From positions 23,640 to 87,639 of the IMG/VR virus record IMGVR_UViG_3300037504_001427: DNA of 64,000 nt; one strand, 5' to 3'. Positions 21,013-31,571 of this stretch are shown here, one piece after another (position 1 is the stretch's first letter; each line of letters begins with the position of its first letter). Source of the stretch: a virus. The notes beneath the pieces were generated by a model. That model worked only from the letters and a program-made list of their open reading frames with translations, was not told the DNA's origin and made no database searches. Both the position numbers and the translations under genes were made by a program.

Positions 21013-22596
21013 ATGCACCTCACAGCCCTGAAGCCCACGCGGGCTTATGCGGCCCCAGAGACCGTCTCACACGACGATCTCATGGGCCTTCTCTCCACCC
21101 AGGTACCGAACCTGTTTCCTCACGATGCTCGGCTCCCCTTGCAGGCGGTGCTCTCTGCTTTGCAGAACACGCTCCTCTCGGTGGACGGCGTGAGCGCATC
21201 CAATGTCGCCGCCCAGGCCTATGCGTGGGTGCGCGATCTGGCAGCGCGCAAGGACGCCGGCGAGTTTGTCGGGCCCATTATCATCGATGTCAGGATCGAT
21301 GCCCCTCGTTTCGTCGACTCCCCGCTGCTTCCGTTGCCTCCCAAGAAGGAGCTGCGGCTTCCGGAAGGGTATCGGTACCAGCATGCGTTGCTGGCCAGGG
21401 ACACGGTCTGTTATCAGGGGACGTTCCCCACCGATGATCAATCGGCCGCCACGCTGGCCCAGTGGGCAATCTACCTCTTCACCGCCCTGGGCGCCGACCA
21501 AGAAGACGCTCTGGCATATGCCTACGACTGGCTGCTTTGCCTGCGAAGCCGCGGACAAGCCCTGGATGTTGCGCGGGTGTCTTCGCAGCCAGGAGCTGAT
21601 TCTACGGCCGATGGTACTCCGCCGGACAATCCTTTGTCCAATGAGAGCGAGAAGCCCGTGCCCGAGCCGACTCCAGAGGAGGCGCCGCGGGCCACCGAGA
21701 AGCTGCCCGATACCAAGGCGCCCCCGGAGGACCCTGACAAGCGGGCCGCGTTCAACCGCCTCTCGGGAAAACAGTGTGCCTCCGTCGCAGGCTTGAAGCG
21801 ATCACTGACGCGGACGCACAATATGCCGTGGGAGGAGTATTGTTCGCGCTTCGGCCTGGATCCTGACTCCGGCCTGGACTCGAGCGCTGCCCCACGGCAG
21901 CCGACCCTGACTGATGCGATACCCGCTGAGGATCCACCGCAGGGCCCTGGAGCCCCCGCGCTGCAGCAGCCTTCGGCAGAAGGCGATGGTCAGCAAATGA
22001 CCCTGGCTGATGCGGGATGCGAACTCCCGCCTCCGGAGCAGCAGATGCCCACCACGTCATCACCCACGCCCGACCTGCCTCCGCAGTGGTTCCAGCAGCC
22101 GCAGGCTCAACCGCAGCCGCAGGCGCAGCAGCCGCAACAGCAGCAGGCTCAACCGCAGTCGCAGGCGCAGCAGCCGCAACAGCAGCAGGCTCAACCGCAG
22201 GCGCAGGCTCAACCGCAGTCGCCACGACTGGTGCGGGCACAGCAGCTTGGTGGGCCAGTCACCCTCTGGATCATGCCGCTCAATCGGCTCCCTACTATGA
22301 GTCCTGATGACCTACGACAGTGGGCTGACGCAGGCCAGATGGCCAAGCTCGCAGAACAGGAGGCGCTGAACCAACTGAGCGTACAGGACATCGCCGATGC
22401 CAAAGGGTTCCAGAAGGGCGAGCAGACGGTCCAACGGCTGTTTGGCGAGATGCTCACACAGAACCCCTACGTCATGGTGCTCGCCAACGGCTACGATTGG
22501 GTCCTCGACAAACACAGCATCGCTACCATTCTCTCTCGTGCTGTTCAGATCGTTCAGTTTGACCGCTCCGGCACACCAGTCACCACCGTCCTTTGA
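21013..22596 (+). CDS. hypothetical protein with a MucR/Ros-like motif and Gln-rich repeat
   Basis: LKRSLTRTHNMPWEEYCSRFGL; QPQAQ repeats. Confidence 0.65.
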   Translation: MHLTALKPTRAYAAPETVSHDDLMGLLSTQVPNLFPHDARLPLQAVLSALQNTLLSVDGVSASNVAAQAYAWVRDLAARKDAGEFVGPIIIDVRIDAPRFVDSPLLPLPPKKELRLPEGYRYQHALLARDTVCYQGTFPTDDQSAATLAQWAIYLFTALGADQEDALAYAYDWLLCLRSRGQALDVARVSSQPGADSTADGTPPDNPLSNESEKPVPEPTPEEAPRATEKLPDTKAPPEDPDKRAAFNRLSGKQCASVAGLKRSLTRTHNMPWEEYCSRFGLDPDSGLDSSAAPRQPTLTDAIPAEDPPQGPGAPALQQPSAEGDGQQMTLADAGCELPPPEQQMPTTSSPTPDLPPQWFQQPQAQPQPQAQQPQQQQAQPQSQAQQPQQQQAQPQAQAQPQSPRLVRAQQLGGPVTLWIMPLNRLPTMSPDDLRQWADAGQMAKLAEQEALNQLSVQDIADAKGFQKGEQTVQRLFGEMLTQNPYVMVLANGYDWVLDKHSIATILSRAVQIVQFDRSGTPVTTVL

Positions 22597-22610
22597 TAGG
22601 AAGGGAAAGC

Positions 22611-23687
22611 ATGTACAATCAGGCGCACATGGCAGCCCAAGCAAACTTGGTGCAAGCCTATGCCAATTCACCGAATGGACCGTCCGGGGCCGACCGCCCA
22701 AAGATCCCGGATGGGACGTTTTGTGGGGAGATCACGGAGGTGGCCCTCCGGACCAGCGAGGACCCCAAGAAGAGGGGTACCTATTACCTGTTGGCCGAGT
22801 TCCGGGTCCATTCGGGGTCTGATCCCACGGCCATTGGCCAGACCTACGGACACCCGCACCTGCTCGGGAACGAGATGGCCGAGAAGAACTTGGTGCACCT
22901 CGCTATCGCCCTGTTTGGGCCGGAGTGGGTGAGCAATTTCCAGCAGGTCCCCGATTTGGCCACCGCCCTGGCCAATTATCGTGCCGAGGCCATCGGAAGG
23001 TATGTGCTGATCGAGGCCAAGCGGAGCAGCAAGAAGGTCCAGGAGGTGGGGTACCATGAGGCTTACCCCAATGTGTACTGGAAGGAAGGCCTGCAGGGAC
23101 CCATCGATATCCCAGTCGTGACCTCGATATCTCCCCCCGCAATGCCGGCACCGCAGCAGCAGATGCAGCCTCCGCTGCCTCCTCAGCAGCAGATGCCTCC
23201 GCAGCAGCAGATGCAGCCTCCGCCGCCTCCTCAGCAGCAGCAGATGCAGCCGCAGATGCAGCCTCCGCCGCCTCCTCAGCAGCAGCAGCAGATGCAGCCG
23301 CAGATGCAGCCTCCGCCGCCACCGCAGCAGCAGATGCAGCCGCCGGCTCCTCCTCAGCAGCAGATGCAGCCGCCGGCTCCTCAGCAGCAGATGCAGATGC
23401 AGCCGCCGGCGCCTCCTCAACAGCAGATGCAGCCTCCGCCACCGCAGCAGCAGCAGCAGATGCAGCCTCCGCCGCCTCAGCAGCAGATGCAGCCTCCAGC
23501 ACCGCCGCAGCCACCGGCACCGCCTCAGCAGCAGATGCAGCCTCCAGCACCGCCGCAGCCACCGGCACCGCCGCAGCAGCAGATGCAGCCGCCGGCGCCT
23601 CCTCAGCAGCAGCAGATGCAGCCGCCGGCGCCTCCTCAGCAGCAGCAGATGCAGTCTCCAGCACCACCGCCTTTTCCCGTCCCGTGA
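22611..23687 (+). CDS. putative ssDNA-binding (DUF669-like) protein with a long PQ-rich tail
   Basis: IPDGTF.GEITEV N-terminal domain; directly upstream of the polymerase; QQQMQPPAPP repeats. Confidence 0.55.
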   Translation: MYNQAHMAAQANLVQAYANSPNGPSGADRPKIPDGTFCGEITEVALRTSEDPKKRGTYYLLAEFRVHSGSDPTAIGQTYGHPHLLGNEMAEKNLVHLAIALFGPEWVSNFQQVPDLATALANYRAEAIGRYVLIEAKRSSKKVQEVGYHEAYPNVYWKEGLQGPIDIPVVTSISPPAMPAPQQQMQPPLPPQQQMPPQQQMQPPPPPQQQQMQPQMQPPPPPQQQQQMQPQMQPPPPPQQQMQPPAPPQQQMQPPAPQQQMQMQPPAPPQQQMQPPPPQQQQQMQPPPPQQQMQPPAPPQPPAPPQQQMQPPAPPQPPAPPQQQMQPPAPPQQQQMQPPAPPQQQQMQSPAPPPFPVP

Positions 23688-25609
23688 CCACTATATGCGG
23701 GTTTGACACCGAGACGTATCTCATCACAGAGCGCACGCAGGCCCCTAAGCCGGTCTGCGTGACGCTCTGCTGGGACTCTTCGCAACCGTGTATTGTCTCT
23801 ACCGATGATCCGTGGCTGAGACAGTTCTTGTGGACGGATATAGTACTGGTCGGGGTCAATATAGCTTTCGACCTTTGTGTTATGATGCGCTGGCAGCCAG
23901 ATTTGATCCCCGCCTTCATTCGATTGCTGGATGAGGGGCGCATTATTGATCTTGGGATACGCGAACAGTTGCGCCACTTGGAGACTATCGGGAGGAAAGA
24001 CTACCCGATGTTCGTGAGCATGGCGAGGCTTGCCGATAAATACATGGGCAAGGATCTTTCGTCCGCCAAGGAGGGAGGATGGCGTCTGCGGTACGGCACC
24101 CTCGATGGAACACCGTTTTCACAGTGGCCGCAGGCAGCGTTGGAGTATGCTTTGGAGGATGCGCGGCTATCCTTCGAGTTGTTTTTTGCTCAAGCGCAGT
24201 CGGAGAAGTATCCGACCGAGGACATCCAGGTCCGAGCGGCTGTCGTATTGGCCGTCGTGCGAATCAACGGGCTGCGGGTAGATCCTGAGGTCAATGCCCA
24301 GTATAGGGCAGACCTGGAGGAGGTTGTCGCTTCTCGTCAGGCGGCCATCGCCCACCGGACATGGGTAGGTAAAGGAAGCCAAGAGAAACTGCGTGCCGAT
24401 GTGCTTGCTGCGGTGCGCTATCAGCAGGCAACGAAGCTCGCCACACACGGCCTGGATTTCGGCCGCATAAAAGAGGCCCTTGGAGAGCGGGAGTGCCTGG
24501 TAGAACTGTCTCGCCGCGAACCAGCATTGTTTTTTGGGGCAGAGAAAACCCTGGAATTTTTGCCTCCCATAGACAAGACTCCGAAGGGGGCTATCCAGAC
24601 GGGAAAGGAACAACTGGAGAGACTGTACGATGTGGTGCCCGAGTTCAGGTCCTTGGTCGAATTGGAACACGCAGAGAAGATGCTTTCTACATATGTAAAA
24701 CCTTACGCAAAACCCGAGGTTCATTCGACGTTCATACCGATGGTCACCACAGGCCGGACCTCCTCTACCAAGCCCAACATACAAAACATCCCCGACCATT
24801 ATCGAGGCCAGTTCATTCCACGGGATGGGTATTTGTATGGCACTGTCGATTATTCCGCTGTGGAGTTACGCACGCTTGCCGCAACCATCCGTACATGGTT
24901 TCCGGATATTCCATGCAAACTCGGGGAGATGCTGGACCGACCAGCGGATGATGCGCACTGTTATGTTGCGTCTTTCCTTGCAGGCATCCCATACGAAGAG
25001 ATCCTTCAGAATAAAAAGCAAGAGCCCTATAAGAAGTACCGCCAGGGAGCAAAAGCTACCAACTTTGGAAAACCCGGAGGTCTCGGCCATAAAGCGTTTA
25101 TGCGCTACGCCTCTGATTCGTATGGCGTTGAGTTCACCCTTGATCAAGCGAAGCAGGCCGACCAGGCTTGGAGGAGCGCCTTCCCAGAAATTGCAGGCCA
25201 TTATCTGAAGAGAAGCGCATCTCTCACAGGGAAGTTCGGCGGAAGAGGCTTGGCTCAGAATATCCTTGGCAGGAAAAAAGCACAGTGCACCTTTACTGAG
25301 ATCAGCAACTTCCCCTTCCAGTCCCTTGCTGCGGACGGAGTGAAGATAGCCCTGTATTGGATCTTCCGCGAAATGGTGTTGGCCTGGTGCCGCCGCAAGT
25401 ATGGTGTGAACCAGCCCGATTCTCCACTGGCGTACAGTGGCCTGGCCAATTTCGTGCACGACGAGGTACTCATGGAACACAGGAAGGAAGAGGCCGACGA
25501 GGCGTTCTCTCGACAGCAGGAATTGATGATCGCTGGCATGGAGTGTGCTTGTGAACACAAGGTACCCATCCTTGTGGAGGGGGAACTCAGCACGAGATGG
25601 TCACACTGA
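23684..25609 (+). CDS. polA: DNA polymerase family A with 3'-5' exonuclease
   Basis: FDTET, NIAFD, YALEDA, TGRTSS..PNIQN, DYSAVELR, R..AKATNFG and FVHDE motifs. Confidence 0.93.
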   Translation: MTTICGFDTETYLITERTQAPKPVCVTLCWDSSQPCIVSTDDPWLRQFLWTDIVLVGVNIAFDLCVMMRWQPDLIPAFIRLLDEGRIIDLGIREQLRHLETIGRKDYPMFVSMARLADKYMGKDLSSAKEGGWRLRYGTLDGTPFSQWPQAALEYALEDARLSFELFFAQAQSEKYPTEDIQVRAAVVLAVVRINGLRVDPEVNAQYRADLEEVVASRQAAIAHRTWVGKGSQEKLRADVLAAVRYQQATKLATHGLDFGRIKEALGERECLVELSRREPALFFGAEKTLEFLPPIDKTPKGAIQTGKEQLERLYDVVPEFRSLVELEHAEKMLSTYVKPYAKPEVHSTFIPMVTTGRTSSTKPNIQNIPDHYRGQFIPRDGYLYGTVDYSAVELRTLAATIRTWFPDIPCKLGEMLDRPADDAHCYVASFLAGIPYEEILQNKKQEPYKKYRQGAKATNFGKPGGLGHKAFMRYASDSYGVEFTLDQAKQADQAWRSAFPEIAGHYLKRSASLTGKFGGRGLAQNILGRKKAQCTFTEISNFPFQSLAADGVKIALYWIFREMVLAWCRRKYGVNQPDSPLAYSGLANFVHDEVLMEHRKEEADEAFSRQQELMIAGMECACEHKVPILVEGELSTRWSH

Positions 25610-27405
25610 AGGCGAGAATCTACTGGGCGCAATCTAGTGGCGCGGCGCACCTTCGGGTATATCAGACCGAAACGACTGCCGAGTTGTCCAACGAGCTGCG
25701 TCAAGTCGGCACACCGGCCAATTTTGATCATGCTACGAGCGAGTGGGATTACCCCCTCACAGCAGCGGCCGTACGCACTCTGGTGGCCATCGCCGACCGC
25801 ATGGGCCTGCAGGTGGAGTGGTCAGCGGAACTGAGCTCGTTTGCTGTTGAGCAGGAGCGCCTGGAGCGGTACGAGCAGCAGGTGTTCCGCTGGATCGCAC
25901 CGATGATCCAGCAGTCGAACGCCCCCTTGGAGGGCTATGTTACGCAGACCTTCGGCGGGCAGATGCCACCGATGCGACACCAACAACTCGCCTACCATTG
26001 GTCCCTGCGAACAACGGGACTGCTACTGGCCCATGACCCAGGACTGGGCAAGACCCGGTCTGCGATCGATGCTGCCGCAGGATGGTACCGCCATGGCATC
26101 ATCCGCCCCATGTCCCAATTCTGGAACACCGCCACCCAGAGGTGGTGTGTGGAGGGAGGCGTCCTCGTCGTGTGCCCAAAGGCGGTGATCCGGACGTGGT
26201 CCAGCCAGGCAGCTCAATGGCAATCTATGACATCGGTGGAAATCACGGGGCCGGCGGACAGGAAGCGAAAACGCGCAGGGATGGTCTCACACATACACGC
26301 CGTCAATTATCAGAGTCTACATTCGGTGGTGGGCAATCGCTATGACGGTCTTATTATAGACGAGTCACATCGTTGTGCCAACAAGACTAAGCAGACGGAT
26401 GCCGTGCAGTCCTTGTCTTTGCCGACTAAACGACGACTGCTGCTTACTGGCTCTCCGGTTTCCAATTCTCTTGAGAGCGTCTTCTTTCAGATGCTGATCG
26501 CCGATGGCGGCAGGACGCTCGGTTGCAGCAGGGCGGCGTTTCTCAACGAGTATTTCACCGAGGAGGTGGGCAACAAAGGCAGACGCAAGCATATCCCCAA
26601 GGAGGACAGCGCGCGGCGGATAGCACAGCGGATGGCTCAGAGCACCTACTTTTTACGCAAAGAAGAGGCGATTGATCTTCCGCATAAGTTGTTTACTCCC
26701 ATCTATCTGGATATGACCGTAGACCAGAGGCGGTACTATGAAGAATTGCGTAAGGAAGCCATCACCTATATCCAGGATAAGACTGTATCAGTGCCCGAGG
26801 CGCTGAGCAAGATGCATAAGCTCCTGCAGGTCTGCCAGGGAGTGGTGCGTGAGGAGGGCGGCGAATGGCTCTCTTTCACCAACATCAAGCAGGAAACCCT
26901 CCTCGAGAGCCTCACAAACGAACTCTACGGCCGCAAGGTGGTGGTGTGGTGTCGTTTCACGCACGAAATAGACAGCCTCCTTGCCCGCCTCAGCGAGCTG
27001 GGTATCTGGGCCTTGCGGTTTGACGGACAAGTGTCGCATAAGAACCGCAACCAGATCATCACTGCTTGGAACACAGATTCTCGGTACACCGTTTTCGTCG
27101 CCCAACTCAGCATGTCTGAGGGCATTGAACTCCTAGCGAAGGACATCGAGGTGCCGTGTTATGACTGTGAGTATCTCGGAGTGGATTACTCCTTCGTCAA
27201 TTGGCTGCAGAGCCAGGATCGGATCCATCGCATTGGGCAGCGGTACCCCTGTCACTACAAGGTTTACTTGACTTCTGACGGCATCGATCGAGGGGTCTAT
27301 GAGTCGCTGAGGGCCAAGCAGCAAACCAGCGATCTGGTCTACACCACGGGCAAGGAGTACCTCTTGCAGTTGCTGCGCGGAGAAAGCACGGTCGGTAGCT
27401 TGTAG
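25597..27405 (+). CDS. SNF2-family SF2 helicase
   Basis: DPGLGKT, VVCPK, IIDESH, LTGSP and QSQDRIHRIGQ motifs. Confidence 0.9.
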   Translation: MVTLKARIYWAQSSGAAHLRVYQTETTAELSNELRQVGTPANFDHATSEWDYPLTAAAVRTLVAIADRMGLQVEWSAELSSFAVEQERLERYEQQVFRWIAPMIQQSNAPLEGYVTQTFGGQMPPMRHQQLAYHWSLRTTGLLLAHDPGLGKTRSAIDAAAGWYRHGIIRPMSQFWNTATQRWCVEGGVLVVCPKAVIRTWSSQAAQWQSMTSVEITGPADRKRKRAGMVSHIHAVNYQSLHSVVGNRYDGLIIDESHRCANKTKQTDAVQSLSLPTKRRLLLTGSPVSNSLESVFFQMLIADGGRTLGCSRAAFLNEYFTEEVGNKGRRKHIPKEDSARRIAQRMAQSTYFLRKEEAIDLPHKLFTPIYLDMTVDQRRYYEELRKEAITYIQDKTVSVPEALSKMHKLLQVCQGVVREEGGEWLSFTNIKQETLLESLTNELYGRKVVVWCRFTHEIDSLLARLSELGIWALRFDGQVSHKNRNQIITAWNTDSRYTVFVAQLSMSEGIELLAKDIEVPCYDCEYLGVDYSFVNWLQSQDRIHRIGQRYPCHYKVYLTSDGIDRGVYESLRAKQQTSDLVYTTGKEYLLQLLRGESTVGSL

Positions 27406-27436
27406 TTTGGGCGGCGGGGCGTATACTGCGTCCGCT

Positions 27437-28582
27437 ATGCCTACTTCCGCCCTTCCCGTCGTAGACTTCAATCGCCTGGCGGCCTTCTTGCGCCAAGCGC
27501 CGTTCGCCAACAACCCGAGATCCCCTCGTTTACCGCCTGAGCTGCGGGCCGTCTATGACGAGATCGGCTCATGGTTCTCCAGGCCCTTGACCGCCAATGA
27601 CAAGCTGGACAAGCCGCCCCGTGGACGCCCGTGGCTGGTGCGAGGTATCGCGTTTATCCCCGCCCGTAATATCAGGTCGTTCTTCCGCACGAAGGCCGGA
27701 AGGTGGGATCAGGAGCGACTGGAGGACTTTGGCGTCACCAAAGAGCAGGTCCTTGCGGTCCCCGACGTGTGTCCGGGAGCGACTGAAGGGTGCGCCGCTG
27801 TGTGCTTGTCTGATGCCGGCCGGCAGGGACAGAGCGCCTCTGTCCGCGCCCAAGTGAATCGCTTGCTGTCATTCACACACAAGAGGAAGGCCTATCTTAC
27901 CGTGGTGGCTATCGCTATCGCCAAGCTGCATGCCGAAGCGGCGGAGAAAGGAGCTAGGACCGGAGTGCGCCTGAATATACTGAGCGACGTGTCTTGGGAG
28001 CGAATCCCCATCGAGGTTGATCCGTATTTGGCCAAGTACCTCAATCTCGTGTTGCCCAAGCGTACGCGCCGAATCAAGGCCGGCACCTACCCCAATTTCA
28101 TGGCCATGTTTCCGAAGATTCAATTCTACGATTACACCAAGATAGGGGGGAGGATGCAGGCTTTCTTGGACGGCCGCTTCCCTCCCAACTACTTTTTGAC
28201 GTGGTCTTTGGCGGAAACGCGCGCCAATCGTCGGAAAGCCATGCAGGTCTTGCGCCACCCCAAGGGCGTGGTGGCCGTTGCTTTCGCTGTGCCCAGCGAA
28301 CGCAAAGGGGGCCCGACTCGCCCTCTGCCGAAGGTGTTGGCGATAACAGACCGACAGCGCGGTACCCTTATTACACGCCTGGTGGTCGACGCGGACAAGC
28401 ATGATGTGCGTCCGCTCGATTTGCGGACGGCCGGAGGGCCCTGCTTCGCAGGACTCCGCTTCAAGATCCCCTTGCATAAGTTGAAGGGGATGTCCACGGA
28501 ACAGAAGATGGAGGCGGCTGGCGCGTTTGTTGTCGATCCTGACAAGAAGTCCATCGAGGTGATGGACGGGAAGCGAAAATGA
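27437..28582 (+). CDS. GP88-like phage protein
   Basis: VCPGATEGCAAVCL, VRLN..SD..WE, FYDYTK and YFLTWS motifs. Confidence 0.7.
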   Translation: MPTSALPVVDFNRLAAFLRQAPFANNPRSPRLPPELRAVYDEIGSWFSRPLTANDKLDKPPRGRPWLVRGIAFIPARNIRSFFRTKAGRWDQERLEDFGVTKEQVLAVPDVCPGATEGCAAVCLSDAGRQGQSASVRAQVNRLLSFTHKRKAYLTVVAIAIAKLHAEAAEKGARTGVRLNILSDVSWERIPIEVDPYLAKYLNLVLPKRTRRIKAGTYPNFMAMFPKIQFYDYTKIGGRMQAFLDGRFPPNYFLTWSLAETRANRRKAMQVLRHPKGVVAVAFAVPSERKGGPTRPLPKVLAITDRQRGTLITRLVVDADKHDVRPLDLRTAGGPCFAGLRFKIPLHKLKGMSTEQKMEAAGAFVVDPDKKSIEVMDGKRK

Positions 28583-28794
28583 GCCGACGACCCACTGTTC
28601 GCGCCGATCTCGCGGAAGCTGTTGACCGCTTGGATGAACTCCTGCGGCGCGACTTCGGGCAGGTTGGCTTCGAGTACCATATCGTCGCTCTCGGACGCAC
28701 GCTCGCCGCGGCCAATACTGAGCGCTGCGCGCATCGCCCCAACCATCGTATACTCCCCAAGTGCCGTGAAGCCATAGGGTTGCGACGCCAATAA
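28579..28794 (+). CDS. hypothetical protein
   Basis: ATGA-coupled 71-aa ORF. Confidence 0.5.
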   Translation: MSRRPTVRADLAEAVDRLDELLRRDFGQVGFEYHIVALGRTLAAANTERCAHRPNHRILPKCREAIGLRRQ

Positions 28795-28835
28795 TCGAGT
28801 GTCGCACAGGGGTCCCGCAGGCTATAATGCACCCC

Positions 28836-30767
28836 ATGGACAATTCTCCGCAGAATGCCGGCCTTCCGCCTCCGACCACCATGCCGCCACCCATGGGGGC
28901 CCCGCCACCACCTGGGGGCGCTCCTGCAGGGTTCGAGCGGCCTCGAGGACGCCCGAGCGGCGATCCCGACAAGGACGAAGCGCGCCTGCGGCGCCAGAAG
29001 GAACGGGAACGGCTGGGCAAGTTTGTTCCGCCTTCTGCCCGAGACCATCGATTCCTGCTCTACGAGCGGAAGAAGGGCAAGGCCCGAGGTAAACTCGTTA
29101 CCGAGGTCTTGCTCTCCGACGTGGAGGATGTACTCGGAGACGAACCGGCCCATTCTGAGATCCTGTCGTTTCTGGCCACTCGGCTGACGGAAAAGGGCTA
29201 CAATCAGGGCCACTTCGAGGCTGTGGTTGCTGACCGAAAGCGAGTCCCTGACCGCGATTACTCTGCGTTCCCCGTGGTTGTCGGCGAGACTGAAGAGGGC
29301 TTCGACGAAGATAACTCTGACGATGATGAGGATACCTACATGCCGCCGTTCCCGTATGTTCAGCAGCCCATGCAGCAGTACCCGCCCCCACCACCACAGG
29401 ACAACATGGCACTCACCCTGGTCGAGCGACTGATGGACCGGCTCGACCGGCAGCCGCAGCAGGATTCCGGCACGGGCCTGATGCAGGTTCTGCTGCAGCA
29501 ACAGCAGCAGGCCGCAGAGGAGCGACGCAGGGAGGACGAGCGTCGGCGCGAGGAGGAACGCAAGGCCGAGGAGCGCCGTGAGGAACAGCGCCGTGAGGAA
29601 CAGCGGTATCGGGAGGAGCAGGAGCGCAAGCGTGAGGAGGAGCGCCGCCGATCTGACCATCGGTGGATGGAGATGATGCTCGGCCTCGGCACCACCGCAA
29701 TCCCAGCCGTGGCGGAACTCTTCAAGCCGAAGAGCAACGAGATGCTGCCGTTCCTGGTGGATGTGATCAAATCCCACAACGCTCGGGACAACAGCACGAC
29801 GGCCTTGGAGGTCATGCAGCAGAGCGCCAAGGAGCAGGTGTCCCTCCAGGGCGAGATGATGCGGTCCATGGTGGCCTCGCAGTCCGAGGCACAGTCGGGT
29901 GTTCTCAAGGCCATTTTGCCCCTGATGGCACAGACCTTCCAGGATCTGTCCACTGTCAAGGAAGAGGAAGGCGACACGATCAGTCGCGTCCTCAAATTCG
30001 CCAACAAGATGCAGCCTATGCTCGAGCGCATGCTCAAGCCGCAGGCGACACCTATGCCGCAAACGCCGGCCCTTGCCCTTCCGCACCAGCAGCAGACGCA
30101 GTCGGCGGAGGAGACGGAAAGCGAAGGCGAGGGTGAGACTGAGGAGGCGGTGACCGAAGACAGCCAGGCCCTCATCAGCCAGGTGCTTTATATCACAAAG
30201 GACCTGCAGCAGAATGCAGTCGGAGTGGATGAGGCTGTGCCCAAGGTCATGGAGGCGGCCAATCTGATTCCGCAGGACATGCGGCCCGCCATTGCCGTCG
30301 GTGATACCCAAGCACTGCTCCAAGCCGCATGGCCAGTCATCGAGGAAGATACAGTACTCCGCACATGGCTGACGGGCAGTGCCGATGTGGTACCCTATCT
30401 GGAATTCTGTCTGCAGGCCGTGCAGAAGATCTATCGTTCCGAGTGGTCGGAGAAGGTTCCGCAGACGTGGCTGGTCGACCACATCAAGCACCTCCTGGCC
30501 CAAGAGAAGGAACCGTGGGTCAAGGATTCGGCACAGCAGCCGCATCTGGAGAACACGCTCGCTGCTCTCCGCGGAGGGCCGATCAAGGAGCAGCCGCAGA
30601 CGACAGAGGACCAAGCGCCGGCGGACCAACCCCCGGCGGCCCAAGCGCCGGCGAGGAAGCGCAAGTCCCCACCGCCGGCTCCTCCGGAGCAAGACGACGA
30701 GGCCACCCAAGACCAAAACCAAGATCAAGACCAAGGCCAGAACCAGACCGCGGGCTCGTCGCAGTGA
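28836..30767 (+). CDS. acidic coiled-coil hypothetical protein
   Basis: Long ORF with an EERRREE coiled coil; TATAAT 7 nt before ATG 28836 (alternative ATG at 28827). Confidence 0.75.
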   Translation: MDNSPQNAGLPPPTTMPPPMGAPPPPGGAPAGFERPRGRPSGDPDKDEARLRRQKERERLGKFVPPSARDHRFLLYERKKGKARGKLVTEVLLSDVEDVLGDEPAHSEILSFLATRLTEKGYNQGHFEAVVADRKRVPDRDYSAFPVVVGETEEGFDEDNSDDDEDTYMPPFPYVQQPMQQYPPPPPQDNMALTLVERLMDRLDRQPQQDSGTGLMQVLLQQQQQAAEERRREDERRREEERKAEERREEQRREEQRYREEQERKREEERRRSDHRWMEMMLGLGTTAIPAVAELFKPKSNEMLPFLVDVIKSHNARDNSTTALEVMQQSAKEQVSLQGEMMRSMVASQSEAQSGVLKAILPLMAQTFQDLSTVKEEEGDTISRVLKFANKMQPMLERMLKPQATPMPQTPALALPHQQQTQSAEETESEGEGETEEAVTEDSQALISQVLYITKDLQQNAVGVDEAVPKVMEAANLIPQDMRPAIAVGDTQALLQAAWPVIEEDTVLRTWLTGSADVVPYLEFCLQAVQKIYRSEWSEKVPQTWLVDHIKHLLAQEKEPWVKDSAQQPHLENTLAALRGGPIKEQPQTTEDQAPADQPPAAQAPARKRKSPPPAPPEQDDEATQDQNQDQDQGQNQTAGSSQ

Positions 30768-31267
30768 TTATTGTGATCACCAACAAGCGAGGCTTGTTGG
30801 TACACCCTCTGCAGCAGACTTCCAGGCTGGAGATCCTTCCTCGGGCAGCACCGGGTCCGGGGGAGGATTTCGCATTGGGCCTACGTTACTTCACGGCGCC
30901 CACACACAACACACCTGACGGCTGGGCCTTCAATTTTGTGCATGGGGTATCACTACCGTTCTTGTCGGCCACACAGCCACCGCTGGAGGGGTTGAGAAAA
31001 GTCGCGGATGCCCTGCTCCAGATCGGCCCTGATGGCAAGGTCCTCGGGGAGGCGGAGCGCGTCTTCGGACTGCTGCGCAATCAAGAGCAGTCGGTAGAGC
31101 AATCGGTTTTTGACCAGGCGTGGAAGGACCTATCTCGTCTCTTCCGGCTTTATAGGCTGCTCTGCCAGCGCATTCTGGAGCAGGCCGAGGGCACGGTCCC
31201 CTTGGAGGAACCATTGAAGTATGTTCTCCGGATCGACCTTCTCACCGGCGGAGGAAGAGCAGGATGA
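30764..31267 (+). CDS. hypothetical protein
   Basis: GTGA-coupled start (VIIVITNKRG). Confidence 0.55.
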   Translation: MIIVITNKRGLLVHPLQQTSRLEILPRAAPGPGEDFALGLRYFTAPTHNTPDGWAFNFVHGVSLPFLSATQPPLEGLRKVADALLQIGPDGKVLGEAERVFGLLRNQEQSVEQSVFDQAWKDLSRLFRLYRLLCQRILEQAEGTVPLEEPLKYVLRIDLLTGGGRAG

Positions 31268-31571
31268 AGCCGAGGGCTGCCGCGACACCGAGGGCAGCAC
31301 CAGCGGCGGATCCGCCAGCCTCGATGTAGTTGACCTCGGAGAAGTCCTCCGCCAGTCCAACTTGCTTGGGATCTTGGTTTCCCGAACGCAGGATCAGGTC
31401 TGCGGGACGCCCACCGAGCGAGGAGTCTTCTCTCCGGTGCGCCCCCGCCCGGAGTTTCTGCATCGAACGCAGCGTCTGCGTATGGACGGCGCCGCCGCTT
31501 CGGATGCCGTTGTTGATCTCTTCCAGCGTCGCTTGGCCGAATTCCTGCGGGATGTTCCTGGTGGGGGTCAT
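31242..31571 (-). CDS. small protein with a C-terminal TM anchor
   Basis: Ends ALGVAAALGFILLFLRR. Confidence 0.65.
   Translation of the reverse strand: MTPTRNIPQEFGQATLEEINNGIRSGGAVHTQTLRSMQKLRAGAHRREDSSLGGRPADLILRSGNQDPKQVGLAEDFSEVNYIEAGGSAAGAALGVAAALGFILLFLRR

Noticed and set aside
28461-30734. 757-aa minus-strand ORF
   Set aside because: Antisense shadow of the + strand coiled-coil gene
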